Positions 1-10,900 of a stretch of DNA of 64,000 nucleotides are shown here, piece by piece. The stretch is from contig CAVTQK010000015.1 of assembly GCA_963736855.1 (NCBI GenBank), forward strand, positions 288,001 through 352,000, read 5' to 3'. The translations under genes were made by a program, and so were the position numbers. Under the pieces are notes generated by a model, which saw nothing but the letters and a program-made list of their open reading frames with translations, had not been told where the DNA came from and made no database searches. Position 1 is the stretch's first letter. Every line of letters begins with the position of its first letter. This DNA comes from an uncultured delta proteobacterium. Lineage in GTDB: Bacteria; Desulfobacterota; Desulfobacteria; Desulfobacterales; UBA2156.

Positions 1-1195
1 ATGGCCTGCCGACGGCGCTTCGACAGAGGAAGCGGCGAGGAGGGTCCGCTACGAATTTTTCCAAGCGGTCTCCAGGATCCACGGATACCCAAAAGTCGCA
101 CTCGGCCATCACGCCGGGGATAATGCAGAGCTTTTCCTAATGCGTCTGATGACTTGGAGCGGGCCGGCAGGAGTGTCCGGCATCCCTCCGGTACGGGAGG
201 ATGCCCAAAGCGGCGGACGGATCATCCGCCCTCTTATCCGATGCACCCGAGAGGAGATCTTATCTTACCTCGCGCGTCAGGGGATCGGTTTTGTTGAAGA
301 CGGCACCAATTTCTCCATGCGCTATTTCCGGAATCAGGTCCGCCGCTGGCTGCTCCCCGAATTGAAGTCCCGGTTCAACCCCAAGGTCGAAGCTGCCTTG
401 AACCGGTTTTGCGCCATTACCGCTGCGGAAGACGAATGGATGGCTACCCTTACGGAACCGATATTTCGATCGGCCGTGATCCGGGAAGAGGGGGGTGTCT
501 GTGTCCTTTCCGTGAAGACCATACTCGAAACTCCGGTGGCAGCCCAGCGACGTATCCTGCGGATGGCCATAGAAAAGATCAAGGGGGATCTTAGACGCAT
601 CACCTTTGATCATGTGGAAACAGTCCGGTCCTTTTTGTTGCAGGGCATGTATGGAAGATGGCTCCATTTGCCCGGCGGGATCCGGATCGTTTTGGAGAAG
701 GACGGACTCGGGATTCACAAGGATATCGGCCCCTGCCGCAAGGGACCGGGTTTAAAAAATGGCAAGGCGGAAGCTTCCAAAACCGATTTCCGATATATTA
801 TCGACGGCCCCGGCATCTACCCTATTCCCGAAATCCGAAAGACGCTGATCATCTCCTGTATGAACACCAACGAAGTTGGGGACATTCATAGCGTCGGAAA
901 GGACGCGGCGGTTTTCGATGCCACAACCCTCACCTTTCCTTTGACCCTCAGGAGCTGGGTCTCAGGTGATCGGTTTTTTCCCTTGGGCGCATCCGGTAGC
1001 CAGAAGGTTAAAAAGTACTTTATCGATCATAAGATTTCCATCAATGAGCGCACGGGATGTCCGGTGCTGATTTCCCGGGGGCGAATCGCCTGGATTGCGG
1101 GGCATCGTATCGGGCACTGGGTGCGGGTGACCGAATCCACCCAAAAAACGGTTCGGGTGGAACTATCGCTTGATTTACCGGAGAAAAACGGTTAA
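1..1195 (+). CDS. tilS: tRNA(Ile)-lysidine synthetase, 5'-truncated by window edge
   Basis: Frame open from base 2: STEEAARRVRYEFF...ALGHHAGDNAELFLMRL; IIRPL, D.TN....YFRN.VR; TilS C-terminal domain; directly upstream of ftsH. Confidence 0.95.
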   Translation, partial: WPADGASTEEAARRVRYEFFQAVSRIHGYPKVALGHHAGDNAELFLMRLMTWSGPAGVSGIPPVREDAQSGGRIIRPLIRCTREEILSYLARQGIGFVEDGTNFSMRYFRNQVRRWLLPELKSRFNPKVEAALNRFCAITAAEDEWMATLTEPIFRSAVIREEGGVCVLSVKTILETPVAAQRRILRMAIEKIKGDLRRITFDHVETVRSFLLQGMYGRWLHLPGGIRIVLEKDGLGIHKDIGPCRKGPGLKNGKAEASKTDFRYIIDGPGIYPIPEIRKTLIISCMNTNEVGDIHSVGKDAAVFDATTLTFPLTLRSWVSGDRFFPLGASGSQKVKKYFIDHKISINERTGCPVLISRGRIAWIAGHRIGHWVRVTESTQKTVRVELSLDLPEKNG

Positions 1196-1311
1196 ACTTC
1201 TTTAATTAATCTTTTTTGGCAGAGACGGAAATTCACGTTCTTTCAAGACATTCTGAGTTTTAGCGTCTGCCAAAGGGTCTTTCATCAATTCCGTCAGGAG
1301 GTAAAAACCTT

Positions 1312-3195
1312 TTGAATCCGTTCCAGAAAAATCTGGCATTGTGGATTGTTATTACTCTATTGATGGTTCTGTTGTACAACCTGTTCAGCCAGCAGCGCCT
1401 TTCCGAAACGAGCATCAGCTACTCTGAATTCATGTCCAAGGTGGAAGAGGGCCATATTGCCGAAGTGATCATTCAGGGTCAGGAGCTTTCCGTGACCGAC
1501 GACACCCGGAAACGGTTCACAGTTTATGCACCACAGGATGCGGAATTGATCCGAACCCTTCGGGACAAGGGAATCGCCATCAGCGCCAAGCCTCCCCAGG
1601 AATCCCCCTGGTACGTCTCCGTGCTGGTATCCTGGTTTCCCATGATCGTTCTCATTGCCGTCTGGATTTTTTTCATGCGACAGATGCAGGCCGGCGGAGG
1701 TAAGGCTCTGTCCTTCGGCAAGAGCCGGGCACGGCTCATGTCCGACCAGTCTGCCAAGGTGACTTTCCAAGACGTAGCCGGCATCGACGAGGCAAAGGAG
1801 GAGCTTCAGGAGATCATCGAGTTTTTAAAGGACCCGAAGAAATTTACCCGCTTGGGCGGTAGGATCCCCAAAGGCGTGCTGCTCATGGGTTCCCCAGGCA
1901 CCGGGAAGACGCTTCTGGCCCGCGCCATCGCCGGGGAGGCCGGGGTTCCGTTTTTCAGTATCAGCGGCTCCGATTTCGTGGAGATGTTCGTCGGCGTGGG
2001 GGCGTCCCGGGTCCGCGACCTTTTCGTCCAGGGGAAAAAGAACGCCCCCTGTATCATCTTCATTGATGAAATCGATGCGGTGGGCAGGCATCGGGGAGCT
2101 GGTCTGGGAGGAGGGCACGATGAGCGGGAACAGACCCTCAATCAACTCCTGGTGGAGATGGACGGGTTCGAATCCAACGAAGGAGTCATCCTGATTTCCG
2201 CGACCAACCGGCCCGATGTCCTCGATCCGGCCTTGCTGAGACCCGGCCGGTTCGATCGCCAGGTGGTGGTTCCGCTTCCCGACATCAAAGGCCGGGAGAT
2301 GATTCTCCAGGTCCACATGCGCAAGGTTCCGGTGGCGCCGGATGTCAAAGTCACCATTCTGGCCAAGGGGACCCCGGGTTTTTCAGGCGCCGACCTGGAG
2401 AACCTCGTCAACGAAGCCGCTTTGCTGGGGGCCAAGCGCAACAAGGAAAAGGTGGACATGCTGGACTTCGAGGACGCCAAAGACAAAGTTTACATGGGGC
2501 TCGAAAGAAAATCCAAAGTGGTCCGCGAAGAAGATCGTAAGACCACCGCCTACCATGAAGGAGGGCATGCCCTGGTGGCGCGTTTCTTGCCCGAAACGGA
2601 TACCGTAAACAAGATCACCATCATCCCCAGGGGGCGTGCCGCCGGAATCACATGGTTTCTCCCCGAGGAGCGGGATTTCAAATACAAGGATCAGCTCGAA
2701 AGCGAACTTTCCGTGGCCTTCGGGGGCCGGGTCGCCGAGGAGATCGTTTTCAACCGGATCAGCACCGGCGCGGCCAATGACATCAAGCAGGCCACGGTCC
2801 TGGCCGAAAAGATGGTTCGTTCCTGGGGGATGAGCGAGGTCCTCGGGCTCTTGTCTTATGCCAAGGGAGAGGAGCACATTTTCCTGGGAAGGGAGATCGC
2901 CCAGCATCGGGATTACTCCGAGGCAACGGCTCAGAAGATCGATGCCGAGATCAAGAAACTGATAGATAGGGCATATGAGCGGGCCAAGGCCGTCCTGAGC
3001 GAAAACCTGGATGTTTTGCACAAACTGGCCGAGCTCCTTCTGGAAAAAGAGACCGTTTTGGGCAGCGAGCTGGATCAGATGATTCTTTCCATGAGGCCCG
3101 GGATCAAGCTTCCTTACCGACCGGGCGAGGAAGCGGGAGCGGAAAAGGCCGGCAGTGCAAAAGGCTCTACGGATGCGGCGGGCGTGGCCGTTTGA
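1312..3195 (+). CDS. ftsH: ATP-dependent zinc metalloprotease FtsH
   Basis: Two TM helices, [25 protein letters not shown] zinc motif; TTG start with AGGAGG RBS. Confidence 0.98.
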   Translation: MNPFQKNLALWIVITLLMVLLYNLFSQQRLSETSISYSEFMSKVEEGHIAEVIIQGQELSVTDDTRKRFTVYAPQDAELIRTLRDKGIAISAKPPQESPWYVSVLVSWFPMIVLIAVWIFFMRQMQAGGGKALSFGKSRARLMSDQSAKVTFQDVAGIDEAKEELQEIIEFLKDPKKFTRLGGRIPKGVLLMGSPGTGKTLLARAIAGEAGVPFFSISGSDFVEMFVGVGASRVRDLFVQGKKNAPCIIFIDEIDAVGRHRGAGLGGGHDEREQTLNQLLVEMDGFESNEGVILISATNRPDVLDPALLRPGRFDRQVVVPLPDIKGREMILQVHMRKVPVAPDVKVTILAKGTPGFSGADLENLVNEAALLGAKRNKEKVDMLDFEDAKDKVYMGLERKSKVVREEDRKTTAYHEGGHALVARFLPETDTVNKITIIPRGRAAGITWFLPEERDFKYKDQLESELSVAFGGRVAEEIVFNRISTGAANDIKQATVLAEKMVRSWGMSEVLGLLSYAKGEEHIFLGREIAQHRDYSEATAQKIDAEIKKLIDRAYERAKAVLSENLDVLHKLAELLLEKETVLGSELDQMILSMRPGIKLPYRPGEEAGAEKAGSAKGSTDAAGVAV

Positions 3196-4103
3196 ATCCT
3201 CTTTTCGAGATGACCTGGGGATCGCGCCGGATGACCTTGGGTGAGACCACCAGGGTCATGGGGATCGTCAATATAACCCCGGATTCGTTTTCAGACGGGG
3301 GAAAGTTTTTCACTTTCGAATCGGCCGTTTCTCAAGGGCTCTCGCTGGCTCAGGCAGGGGCGGACATTCTGGATATCGGAGGCGAATCGACCCGGCCCCA
3401 TTCCGATCCCGTTCCGGCCGATGAAGAGATCCGCCGGGTGGTTCCGGTCATCCGGGCTCTTTCAGGTCGCATCGACATCCCTATTTCCATCGATACCACC
3501 AAGGCAGCGGTGGCCCGGGCCGCCATCGAAGCGGGTGCTTCCATAATCAACGACGTGAGCGCCCTGCGTTTCGATCCCGATATGGCCTCCGTGGCCCGGG
3601 AGTCCGGTGTTCCTGTGATCTTGATGCACATGCTTGGAACCCCCAAGACCATGCAGCACGCCCCCTACTACGAGGACGTGACCCGGGAGATATTTGCTTT
3701 TTTGGACAGCGCGATCCATTTCGCTCAGGAAAAGGGAATCCCCAAAAGTCTTCTCATCGCGGACCCGGGGATCGGTTTCGGCAAAACCCTTATCCACAAT
3801 CTGACCCTGATCGCCGAATTGCGGACGTTTCATGCACTGGGAGTTCCTCTCCTTGTGGGCCCATCGAGAAAAGCATTCATCCGCAGGCTCCTCAAAGGGA
3901 AGAGCGACCGGGAAATCCGACCCGATATGCCTGAAGTGGAGATCGGCACCCAGGCGGCTGTTGCGGCTTCCATTATGAACGGCGCCCATATCATTCGGGC
4001 ACACAACGTTAAGAACACCCGGAGAACAGCCTTGATCGTCGATGCCATCGTCCATGCTCCTATGCAGCCGTCCGGCGGTTCCTCCATTGGCGCCGCTTCA
4101 TAA
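3192..4103 (+). CDS. folP: Dihydropteroate synthase
   Basis: MGIVNITPDSFSDGG, IGGESTRP, DPGIGFGK, SRK motifs. Confidence 0.97.
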   Translation: MNPLFEMTWGSRRMTLGETTRVMGIVNITPDSFSDGGKFFTFESAVSQGLSLAQAGADILDIGGESTRPHSDPVPADEEIRRVVPVIRALSGRIDIPISIDTTKAAVARAAIEAGASIINDVSALRFDPDMASVARESGVPVILMHMLGTPKTMQHAPYYEDVTREIFAFLDSAIHFAQEKGIPKSLLIADPGIGFGKTLIHNLTLIAELRTFHALGVPLLVGPSRKAFIRRLLKGKSDREIRPDMPEVEIGTQAAVAASIMNGAHIIRAHNVKNTRRTALIVDAIVHAPMQPSGGSSIGAAS

Positions 4104-4158
4104 ACCCAAGAGACGAATCACGCCTGCCGGTCTTTTGCTGAAGACGGAGGATCCTTTC

Positions 4159-5061
4159 TTGAGTCGGAAAAGCCGATGGTTCCGGCTGCGGTACCTGTTG
4201 TTCCTTTGGATCGTTCTCTTGGCATCGGGGTGTTCCCGGATCATTGAGGCGGATCTTTTCGTACCCGTCCGGCTGGAAGGCCTCCCCAACGGCATGATCC
4301 TGGTGGAGAGCCCGGTAAAAGGAATCGAAGTACGCGTCCGGGGTCCTGAATCCCGAATCAAATCCATTCAAGGGGGCCGGATCGGGTACGCGGTGGACAT
4401 GACGGCGGCCCGGCTGGGAATGCAGTCCATCCCCATCAATCCGGCCCGGATTCAACTTCCCATGGGTGTCTCGATTGTCGGCTTCTCGCCTAAAACCCTG
4501 GCTATAGAGTTGGCCCGGGAGGCCCAAAAGGCCCTCGGCGTAACGGTGGCCCTTTCCGGAGAACCGGCGCCGGGGAGAGAGGTCAGGAGCGCCTATCCCA
4601 AACCCTCCACCGTGATCGTGCGCGGTCCCGAGGGAATCATGGAGACTATCGAGACCGTGGCCACAAAAGCCATCGATTTAACCGGTGTCGCCGAGTCTTT
4701 CCAGAAAGAGATCGCCCTCGAAATTCCCGACGGCATGGTATTGGACACTCCTTCCCAGGTGATCACAGCCCGGATTGAAATCGGCGAAAAGATCGTTACC
4801 CGACAGCTGAAAGAGGTGACGATCATCGGAAAGGGAAGCCCTTTCCAATATCGGATTGTGCCGGCGACCATCGATATCGAGATCAAAGGACCGGTCCACT
4901 TCCTGGATGAACTTGAACGGAAGGGAGGGATCAAGGTGTTCATGGATCTTGTTGGGCTGAAACCGGGGGTTTATCCTCGCCGTGCTGCCCTGACGCTTCC
5001 CCCGGAAATCACCTTGGTGGGGACAAAACCGGAAATTTTCACCGTCACCATATACAAATAG
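4159..5061 (+). CDS. YbbR/CdaR-family membrane-anchored protein
   Basis: N-terminal hydrophobic anchor and three YbbR-like repeats (V.VRGP twice, IEIKGP); likely TTG start at 4159 after GGAGG. Confidence 0.8.
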   Translation: MSRKSRWFRLRYLLFLWIVLLASGCSRIIEADLFVPVRLEGLPNGMILVESPVKGIEVRVRGPESRIKSIQGGRIGYAVDMTAARLGMQSIPINPARIQLPMGVSIVGFSPKTLAIELAREAQKALGVTVALSGEPAPGREVRSAYPKPSTVIVRGPEGIMETIETVATKAIDLTGVAESFQKEIALEIPDGMVLDTPSQVITARIEIGEKIVTRQLKEVTIIGKGSPFQYRIVPATIDIEIKGPVHFLDELERKGGIKVFMDLVGLKPGVYPRRAALTLPPEITLVGTKPEIFTVTIYK

Positions 5062-5102
5062 GAACGTCCATGATTTGATGCTTTTCTCACACGAACAAGT
5101 AT

Positions 5103-5167
5103 TGACGGCTTCGTAAAAAGGTTTTGTGAGCGGCGCGAGAAAAATCGACCTTTTTACGATTTCATCA
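5103..5167. repeat. Short palindromic MITE/REP-like element
   Basis: Ends TGACGGCTTCGTAAAAAGG ... CCTTTTTACGATTTCATCA, flanked by GTAT on both sides; related ends at 43636-43826. Confidence 0.7.
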
Positions 5168-5226
5168 GTATTGACGCTTGGATAACAAATCGTGAATCGT
5201 GATCAGTGAAGAGGGGAGGGGACGAA

Positions 5227-6063
5227 ATGCTTTTCGTCATCGATGTGGGAAACACACATACCGTCTTGGGGATCTACAAAGGGGATATACTGGTCGGAAA
5301 CTGGCGAGTGCACACCGAAAAAGAGACCACCGAAGATGAAATCAATATCCTCATCAACAACCTATTCAGTCGGGACGGCATCCGCTTCGGCGATATTCAA
5401 AAGACGATCATCTCCTGCGTTTTCCCACCCCTTGTAACGATTCTGGATGCTTTTTGCAGGAAATACTTAGGACATGCGCCCCACTGGGTGGATGCAAAAT
5501 CATACCCCGCCATGCCGGTACGCCTCCGAAATCCGGCGGAGGTCGGGGCCGACAGGATCGTCAATGCCGTGGCGGCCTATGAAAAATATAAAACCAGCCT
5601 GGTGGTCATCGATTTCGGAACCGCCACCACCTTTGATGTCATATCGGAAAAGGGGGAATATTTGGGCGGAGCCATCTGCCCCGGCATTTACATTGCCTCC
5701 GATGCCCTGTTTCGGGAGGCGTCCAAGCTTCCTCGCGTAGAAATCTTTACGCCCCCGGAAACCGTCATCGGCAAGGATACCATCGGGTGCATTCAATCCG
5801 GTATCATTTACGGTTACGCCGGGTTGGTAGACGGAATGGTCGCGAAGATAAAAAAAGAGATGGGCGGCAACCCCCGGGTGATCGCCACGGGGGGCCTGGC
5901 CCACCTCATGTTTAATGTTTCCGAGGTCATCGAAGCGGTGGAACCCACCCTGACACTGGAGGGTTTAAAAATCATCAGCGAAAGCCTTGAAGTTCCTGCC
6001 TCCGGAGAATCAGGGGTAAATCAGGAATCGCGATCCAGCCCGAAGGCGGTATGCAGCGCCTGA
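5227..6063 (+). CDS. coaX: Type III pantothenate kinase
   Basis: [31 protein letters not shown] motifs. Confidence 0.96.
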   Translation: MLFVIDVGNTHTVLGIYKGDILVGNWRVHTEKETTEDEINILINNLFSRDGIRFGDIQKTIISCVFPPLVTILDAFCRKYLGHAPHWVDAKSYPAMPVRLRNPAEVGADRIVNAVAAYEKYKTSLVVIDFGTATTFDVISEKGEYLGGAICPGIYIASDALFREASKLPRVEIFTPPETVIGKDTIGCIQSGIIYGYAGLVDGMVAKIKKEMGGNPRVIATGGLAHLMFNVSEVIEAVEPTLTLEGLKIISESLEVPASGESGVNQESRSSPKAVCSA

Positions 6064-7241
6064 ACGGCCAGCTCCGCATATTTTTCCTCGATGACGCAGG
6101 AGATCCGAATCTCGGAGGTGGTGATCATCATGATATTGATGTTTTCCCGAGACAGGGCCGAAAACATCTTCGCCGCAACCCCCGAGTGGCTGCGCATTCC
6201 TACACCGGTGACGGAAACCTTGGCGATATTCTCATCCCCGATGACCTCCTTGGCGCTGATCTTCCGGCCCACTGCTTTGGCGATTTTCATGGCTTCGCGG
6301 TAATTGGCTTTGGGCACGGTGAAGGTCAGATCCGTCTTTCCGCCGGAATGGGGGTTCTGGATGATCATATCCACGATGATGCCGGCTTCTCCGATGGGCG
6401 TCATGATCTTTGCCGCAATCCCCGGCTGATCCGGTACCTGTTTTAGAGTGATTCGGGCCTCGTTCTTGTTGGAAGTCACACCGGTGACCACTATCTTTTC
6501 CATATCGGCATCCGCATTGACGACCATGGTTCCCTCCTCTTCACTGAAAGACGATCGCACATGAACGGCGACGTTGTATTTTTTGGCAAACTCCACCGAA
6601 CGGATCTGCAGCACCTTTGCCCCGAGACTCGCCATTTCGAGCATCTCGTCATAACTGATCCTGGGAAGCTTTTGGGCCCTCTTGCAGACATTGGGATCCG
6701 CCGTGTAGACCCCATCTACGTCCGTGAAGATTTCACAGACATCGGCCTTGAGAGCTGCGGCGATGGCCACCGCCGATGTATCTGATCCGCCCCTCCCCAG
6801 CGTGGTGATGTTTCCATCCGCATCGCACCCCTGGAACCCGGCCACCACCACGATATGCCGCTGTTTTAAAAAATCACGGATGCGATTGGCCCCGATGTCG
6901 TGAATCCGGGCGTTTCCGAACGCCGCGTCTGTGTGAACCTCGGCCTGGAAACCGAGCAGGGATACGGCCGGGTAATCCATGGATTTGAGCAGCATGGCCA
7001 GCAAAGCAGCTGTGGTCTGTTCACCGGTGGCCAGGAGAACATCCAGCTCCCGCTTATCGGGTGTATCGGTGACCTGTTGAGCCAACTGGATCAGGCCGTC
7101 CGTGACCCCGGCCATGGCCGAAAGAATGATCACCACATCGTGTCCCTGATCGTAGTCCCTCACGACCCGGCTTGCGACATTGCGAATCCGTTCGATGTCG
7201 GCAACCGATGTGCCGCCGAATTTCTTGACGATGAGTGCCAT
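6021..7241 (-). CDS. lysC: Aspartate kinase
   Basis: [29 protein letters not shown], two ACT domains. Confidence 0.97.
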   Translation of the reverse strand: MALIVKKFGGTSVADIERIRNVASRVVRDYDQGHDVVIILSAMAGVTDGLIQLAQQVTDTPDKRELDVLLATGEQTTAALLAMLLKSMDYPAVSLLGFQAEVHTDAAFGNARIHDIGANRIRDFLKQRHIVVVAGFQGCDADGNITTLGRGGSDTSAVAIAAALKADVCEIFTDVDGVYTADPNVCKRAQKLPRISYDEMLEMASLGAKVLQIRSVEFAKKYNVAVHVRSSFSEEEGTMVVNADADMEKIVVTGVTSNKNEARITLKQVPDQPGIAAKIMTPIGEAGIIVDMIIQNPHSGGKTDLTFTVPKANYREAMKIAKAVGRKISAKEVIGDENIAKVSVTGVGMRSHSGVAAKMFSALSRENINIMMITTSEIRISCVIEEKYAELAVQALHTAFGLDRDS

Positions 7242-7401
7242 AAGCTTAACCTCTTGTATCCGATCTATCGGGTCTTTGGTTTGTTCTGAATCATGTTTTG
7301 CAGTTCAAGCCTTAAAATTCACAATTGATGATATATGATCGCATCGTTTGCATGATGCGGATTTGAGAAATGCATATAATAAAGGACGTCGCTGGATTTT
7401 C

Positions 7402-7821
7402 CTAGATTTGGATGATTTGTCTTTCGGTGTCCGAAACGATTTCGAATCGGAGGGTCAAATGGTCGCCCAAATAGTTTGCGGACAATTTTTCCCCCCATTC
7501 CACGGCCACTACGGCCCGACCATCCAGAATCTCATCAAGCCCCAGGTCCTCCAGATCGATCAGCCGGTCCAGCCGATACAAATCCACATGGAAAAGGGGA
7601 AGCAGCCCCCCTTGATGCTCGTGGACCAAGGCAAAGGAAGGGCTGGTCACTTCGGTTTCCCCGGGGATTCCCAATCCTTTGGCCAGCCCCTGGACAAAGA
7701 CCGTTTTCCCGCTTCCCAAATCTCCGGTCAGAATAAAGGTCATGGGCGCATCCAGCGCCGACCCTAAAGTTTCCCCCAAAGCCCGGGTCTCCTCAGGGGA
7801 ACGCGTCGTTATACGGATCAT
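7402..7821 (-). CDS. tsaE: tRNA threonylcarbamoyladenosine biosynthesis ATPase
   Basis: C-terminal 139 aa of ORF 7402..8802: MIRITTRSPEET, GDLGSGKT, SPSF, HVDLYRL, VEW. Confidence 0.93.
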   Translation of the reverse strand: MIRITTRSPEETRALGETLGSALDAPMTFILTGDLGSGKTVFVQGLAKGLGIPGETEVTSPSFALVHEHQGGLLPLFHVDLYRLDRLIDLEDLGLDEILDGRAVVAVEWGEKLSANYLGDHLTLRFEIVSDTERQIIQI

Positions 7822-9371
7822 AAAAAAGTGGTTTCCCGGATCTGAGCCGGGATCATGGCCATCACATCCGATGCCAGGTATCCGAAGGGCCCCCGACCCC
7901 TGAAAAGGGCATCCGCCGCCGCGCCGTGCAAATAGACTCCTGCCATCGCCGCTTCTGCGGGCGCCAACCCCTGGGCGATCCACCCAGCGATCATGCCGGT
8001 GAGCACATCCCCCATCCCGCCCGAGGCCATCCCCGGGTTCCCGGTAGGGTTGATCCAGAGGGCGCCGTCTTTCTGCGCGATCACCGTTTTGGCCCCCTTG
8101 AGGACCACGGTAACCCCATACGCCTCGGCAAGGCTTCGGGCCGATCCCGCCCGGTCTTTCTGGATTTCCGCCGAAGTCTTGCCCACAATACGCCCCATTT
8201 CCCCCGGATGCGGCGTTAAGACGATTTCCGCTTTCTTCTGTTTTAAAATATCCATGCATCCGGCCATGCAGTTGAGCCCGTCCGCGTCGATGACCAAAGG
8301 AATAGGGCACACCCGGACCAGTCCGCAGACCAGCTGCACCGTTTCGTCCGCCGTCCCGATTCCCGGACCCAGCGCCAGGCAGCTTTTGCCGGGCAGAAGG
8401 CCCAGAACCGCATCCATGGCCGAGTCGGTGAGGATGCCGGGCGCGATCTCCGGCAGCGGCGCGGTCATCGCTTCGAGGACCTGCGGCTCCACCGTCGCAT
8501 CCAGGCTTGCCGGAATACCCAGGGTTACCAGCCCTGCGCCGGTCCGCATGGCCGCCATGGCTGTCATGGCAGCAGCCCCCGTTTTCCCGATTGCCCCGGC
8601 CAGCACCAGCACATGCCCGGTCTTTCCCTTGTGGGCATCGGGGGGACGTTTTCGGATAAACGATCGAATCCGCTCGGCGGTGAGCAGGTGTATCTTCGGT
8701 CCGACCCTGGCCGTCACATGCAAAGGGATGCCAATGTCCACGACCCGAAGCTCGCCCGTGTAATTGGCCCCCGGAAACAGGACGCTTCCGATTTTGGCGC
8801 ACCCGAATGTAGCGGTGGCCTCGGCATGGATGCAGGTTCCTCTGGGATGCCCCGTATCCGAATCGAGTCCGGAGGGGATGTCCACGCTGAAGGTCGGCCT
8901 TTGGCTGTTGTTGACAAATTCGATGACCTTCTTGAATAAGCCTGCCACATCCGATTTCAAACCGGTCCCCAGCAGCGCATCGATCCAGATATCGATTGCG
9001 CGCAGTCGGTTTTTCACTTTTTTAAAGGCGGCATCATCCGGCACCTCTGCCACCGGAACCGCCAGACGAAAAAGAAGTTCCAGGTTGGATGCCGCATCCC
9101 CTTTCACAGCCTCGCGCTTTGTAAAAAGAAAGACCTCAACATCGATTCCCTTGTGGGCCAAAAGGCGGGCCATGACGCATCCGTCCCCGCCGTTATTTCC
9201 CCTTCCGGCCAGAATCCCAACGCGCTTTCGGTCCACCTCGGGAAAGCGTTCCAGAAAGAAATCAACGGCCCCCCGGCCTGCATTTTCCATCAGAATCCGG
9301 CTCGGTATCCCCACTTCTTCGATGGTCAACCGATCCATTTCCTGCATTTCGTCGGCGGTCACCAGGATCAC
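7818..9371 (-). CDS. nnr: Bifunctional NAD(P)H-hydrate epimerase/dehydratase
   Basis: YjeF_N motifs (LMENAG, GNNGGDG, DIPSG) plus kinase-like domain (HKG..G, DADGLN, LTPHPGEM, GG.GDVL). Confidence 0.96.
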   Translation of the reverse strand: MILVTADEMQEMDRLTIEEVGIPSRILMENAGRGAVDFFLERFPEVDRKRVGILAGRGNNGGDGCVMARLLAHKGIDVEVFLFTKREAVKGDAASNLELLFRLAVPVAEVPDDAAFKKVKNRLRAIDIWIDALLGTGLKSDVAGLFKKVIEFVNNSQRPTFSVDIPSGLDSDTGHPRGTCIHAEATATFGCAKIGSVLFPGANYTGELRVVDIGIPLHVTARVGPKIHLLTAERIRSFIRKRPPDAHKGKTGHVLVLAGAIGKTGAAAMTAMAAMRTGAGLVTLGIPASLDATVEPQVLEAMTAPLPEIAPGILTDSAMDAVLGLLPGKSCLALGPGIGTADETVQLVCGLVRVCPIPLVIDADGLNCMAGCMDILKQKKAEIVLTPHPGEMGRIVGKTSAEIQKDRAGSARSLAEAYGVTVVLKGAKTVIAQKDGALWINPTGNPGMASGGMGDVLTGMIAGWIAQGLAPAEAAMAGVYLHGAAADALFRGRGPFGYLASDVMAMIPAQIRETTFL

Positions 9372-9386
9372 GGCATATTCCCCTTT

Positions 9387-10106
9387 TTATAATCTTTTGA
9401 TCAGCTCCACCATTTCCCGGACCGCGCGTTCCATGCCCACCAGGACCGCCCGGGAGATGATGCTGTGGCCGATTGAAAACTCGTCGATTTCCGAAACCCC
9501 TTTAAACCATGCGATGGTATGATAGCACAGCCCATGCCCCGCGTTGACTCCCATCTGCAACGACTTGGCGCGCTTGGCGACGCCAAGGATTTCCGAAAAA
9601 GCGGCGTTCCGTTTTTCCGGTGTGGGCGCATCGCAGAAGGCGCCGGTGTGAATCTCGATGATGTCGGCGCCCGCCTTTTTGGCCAGGTTTACCTGGGTCA
9701 TGTCGGGATCGATGAAAAGACTGACCGGGATTCCTTCCCGCTTCAACTGCGCCACGGCTTTGGATACGGTCTTACCATGCCGGGTCAGGTCCAAACCTCC
9801 TTCCGTAGTCAGTTCCTCGCGCTTTTCCGGAACCAGGGTCACAAGAGCCGGCTTGATTTCGGAGGCGATGCCGATCATCTCCGGCGTGGCCGCTATTTCG
9901 AAAATCATCTTGGTGGAAATGATCTCCCGGATCACCCGGACATCTCGATCCTGGATATGACGGCGATCCTCCCTCAGATGAACCACCACTCCATCCGCAC
10001 CCGCCAGCTCAACCAAGATCGCCGCCGCCACAGGCTCCGGGTACCGGGAACCGCGCGCCTGTCTCAACGTCGCCACATGATCCACATTTACGGCCAATCC
10101 TGACAT
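9387..10106 (-). CDS. pdxJ: Pyridoxine 5'-phosphate synthase
   Basis: VNVDHVATLRQAR, HLREDRRHIQ, PEKREELTTEGG, NAGHGL, IGHSII. Confidence 0.97.
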   Translation of the reverse strand: MSGLAVNVDHVATLRQARGSRYPEPVAAAILVELAGADGVVVHLREDRRHIQDRDVRVIREIISTKMIFEIAATPEMIGIASEIKPALVTLVPEKREELTTEGGLDLTRHGKTVSKAVAQLKREGIPVSLFIDPDMTQVNLAKKAGADIIEIHTGAFCDAPTPEKRNAAFSEILGVAKRAKSLQMGVNAGHGLCYHTIAWFKGVSEIDEFSIGHSIISRAVLVGMERAVREMVELIKRL

Positions 10107-10405
10107 GGAGCACCTCCCCTTGATATCACTATCTTTTTCGCGAAGCATTAATAATAAAGGACCAAGAAGTCAATCGATAATCCTTCTGATTTTTGTCCCT
10201 GAAGCGGCCGGCCTCAGCCGAATGCAGTCGGCAATTGCGCTGAATGCAAAAAATGGTTCAGCTCATTTTTCGCTCCTTTTTTTCAATTTTGCCCCGATTT
10301 TAATCTTTGCGCGCACCCCTCCTTCTCTAAATGAACGCCAGTCTTAGAATTCTCAATCCTCGTTTGATGTTGAACGCTTCCTCGGTTAAATGATCCTTCG
10401 GAATT

Positions 10406-10600
10406 TGAGGTGGTCAAGTAAAAACGGACACGCCGTTAAGCAACCTCTGCCCAAGTCAAGTCAGTTTCAAAGTCCTTTGGGTTCCTGTAACCCAGAAATG
10501 AATTCCGACGCTGGCTGTTGTAGAACATCTCGATGTACTCCACCATGTCGCCTCTGAAATCGTCACGGGTACGGTGGAGTCGATCTCCGACCCATTCTCT
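10406..10600 (-). mobile_element. IS3-family remnant: transposase C-terminus plus right inverted repeat
   Basis: Minus frame EWVGDRLHRTRDDFRGDMVEYIEMFYNSQRRNSFLGYRNPKDFE*, followed by GTGTCCGTTTTTACTTGACCACCTCA ending in CA. Confidence 0.85.
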
Positions 10601-10605
10601 TCCCC

Positions 10606-10779
10606 CGTGTTTCTGAATTTATATCCCAGAAGCTGGATTGAATTACGCTACAGGTCATGAGGTCAACCGGATCACATCCCTATTGAAAAATCCATCGACA
10701 ACATTCTATAATGATCCTATTATCCTCATGACCTGTAGCGTAATTCCCCCCTGATCTGGGTCATTGGTTCAGAAACGCG
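10606..10779. repeat. ~175-bp nested inverted repeat with perfect 23-bp arms (10640-10662 / 10724-10746)
   Basis: GAATTACGCTACAGGTCATGAGG and its exact reverse complement; outer arms CGTGTTTCTGAA/TTCAGAAACGCG and CCCAGA/TCTGGG; inner arms GGATCA/TGATCC. Confidence 0.95.
10683..10712 (+). promoter_or_regulatory. Candidate sigma70 promoter inside the inverted repeat
   Basis: TTGAAA (10683-10688), 18-nt spacer, TATAAT (10707-10712). Confidence 0.55.
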
Positions 10780-10900
10780 TCGTGTAATATAAAATATTTA
10801 CATAACATGCCACAATGTAATAGAATTTGTTTAACTGCTTTTGAGATCGCCACCTTATTTCACATTTGTGAACATATTATTTAAACTGCCCAATATGTAG

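Noticed and set aside
6021..6063. 43-bp convergent overlap of coaX and lysC as a regulatory feature
   Set aside because: Explained by a non-conserved-looking CoaX tail; short 3' overlaps are common.
7242..7401. Lysine riboswitch upstream of lysC
   Set aside because: The region is short and AT-rich, with no recognisable L-box stems.
7402..8802. 466-aa ORF as a large TsaE fusion
   Set aside because: The N-terminal part is an alternate frame of nnr; only 7402-7821 is TsaE.
10606..10779. 6S RNA, integron attC or retron msr-msd
   Set aside because: No recognisable 6S central bubble, no RYYYAAC/GTTRRRY boxes, and no integrase or reverse transcriptase in the window. An Rfam scan would settle the 6S question.
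10858..10882. Rex operator near TTCACATTTGTGAAC
   Set aside because: The half-sites are in the wrong order, and only one half matches TTGTGAA-N4-TTCACAA.
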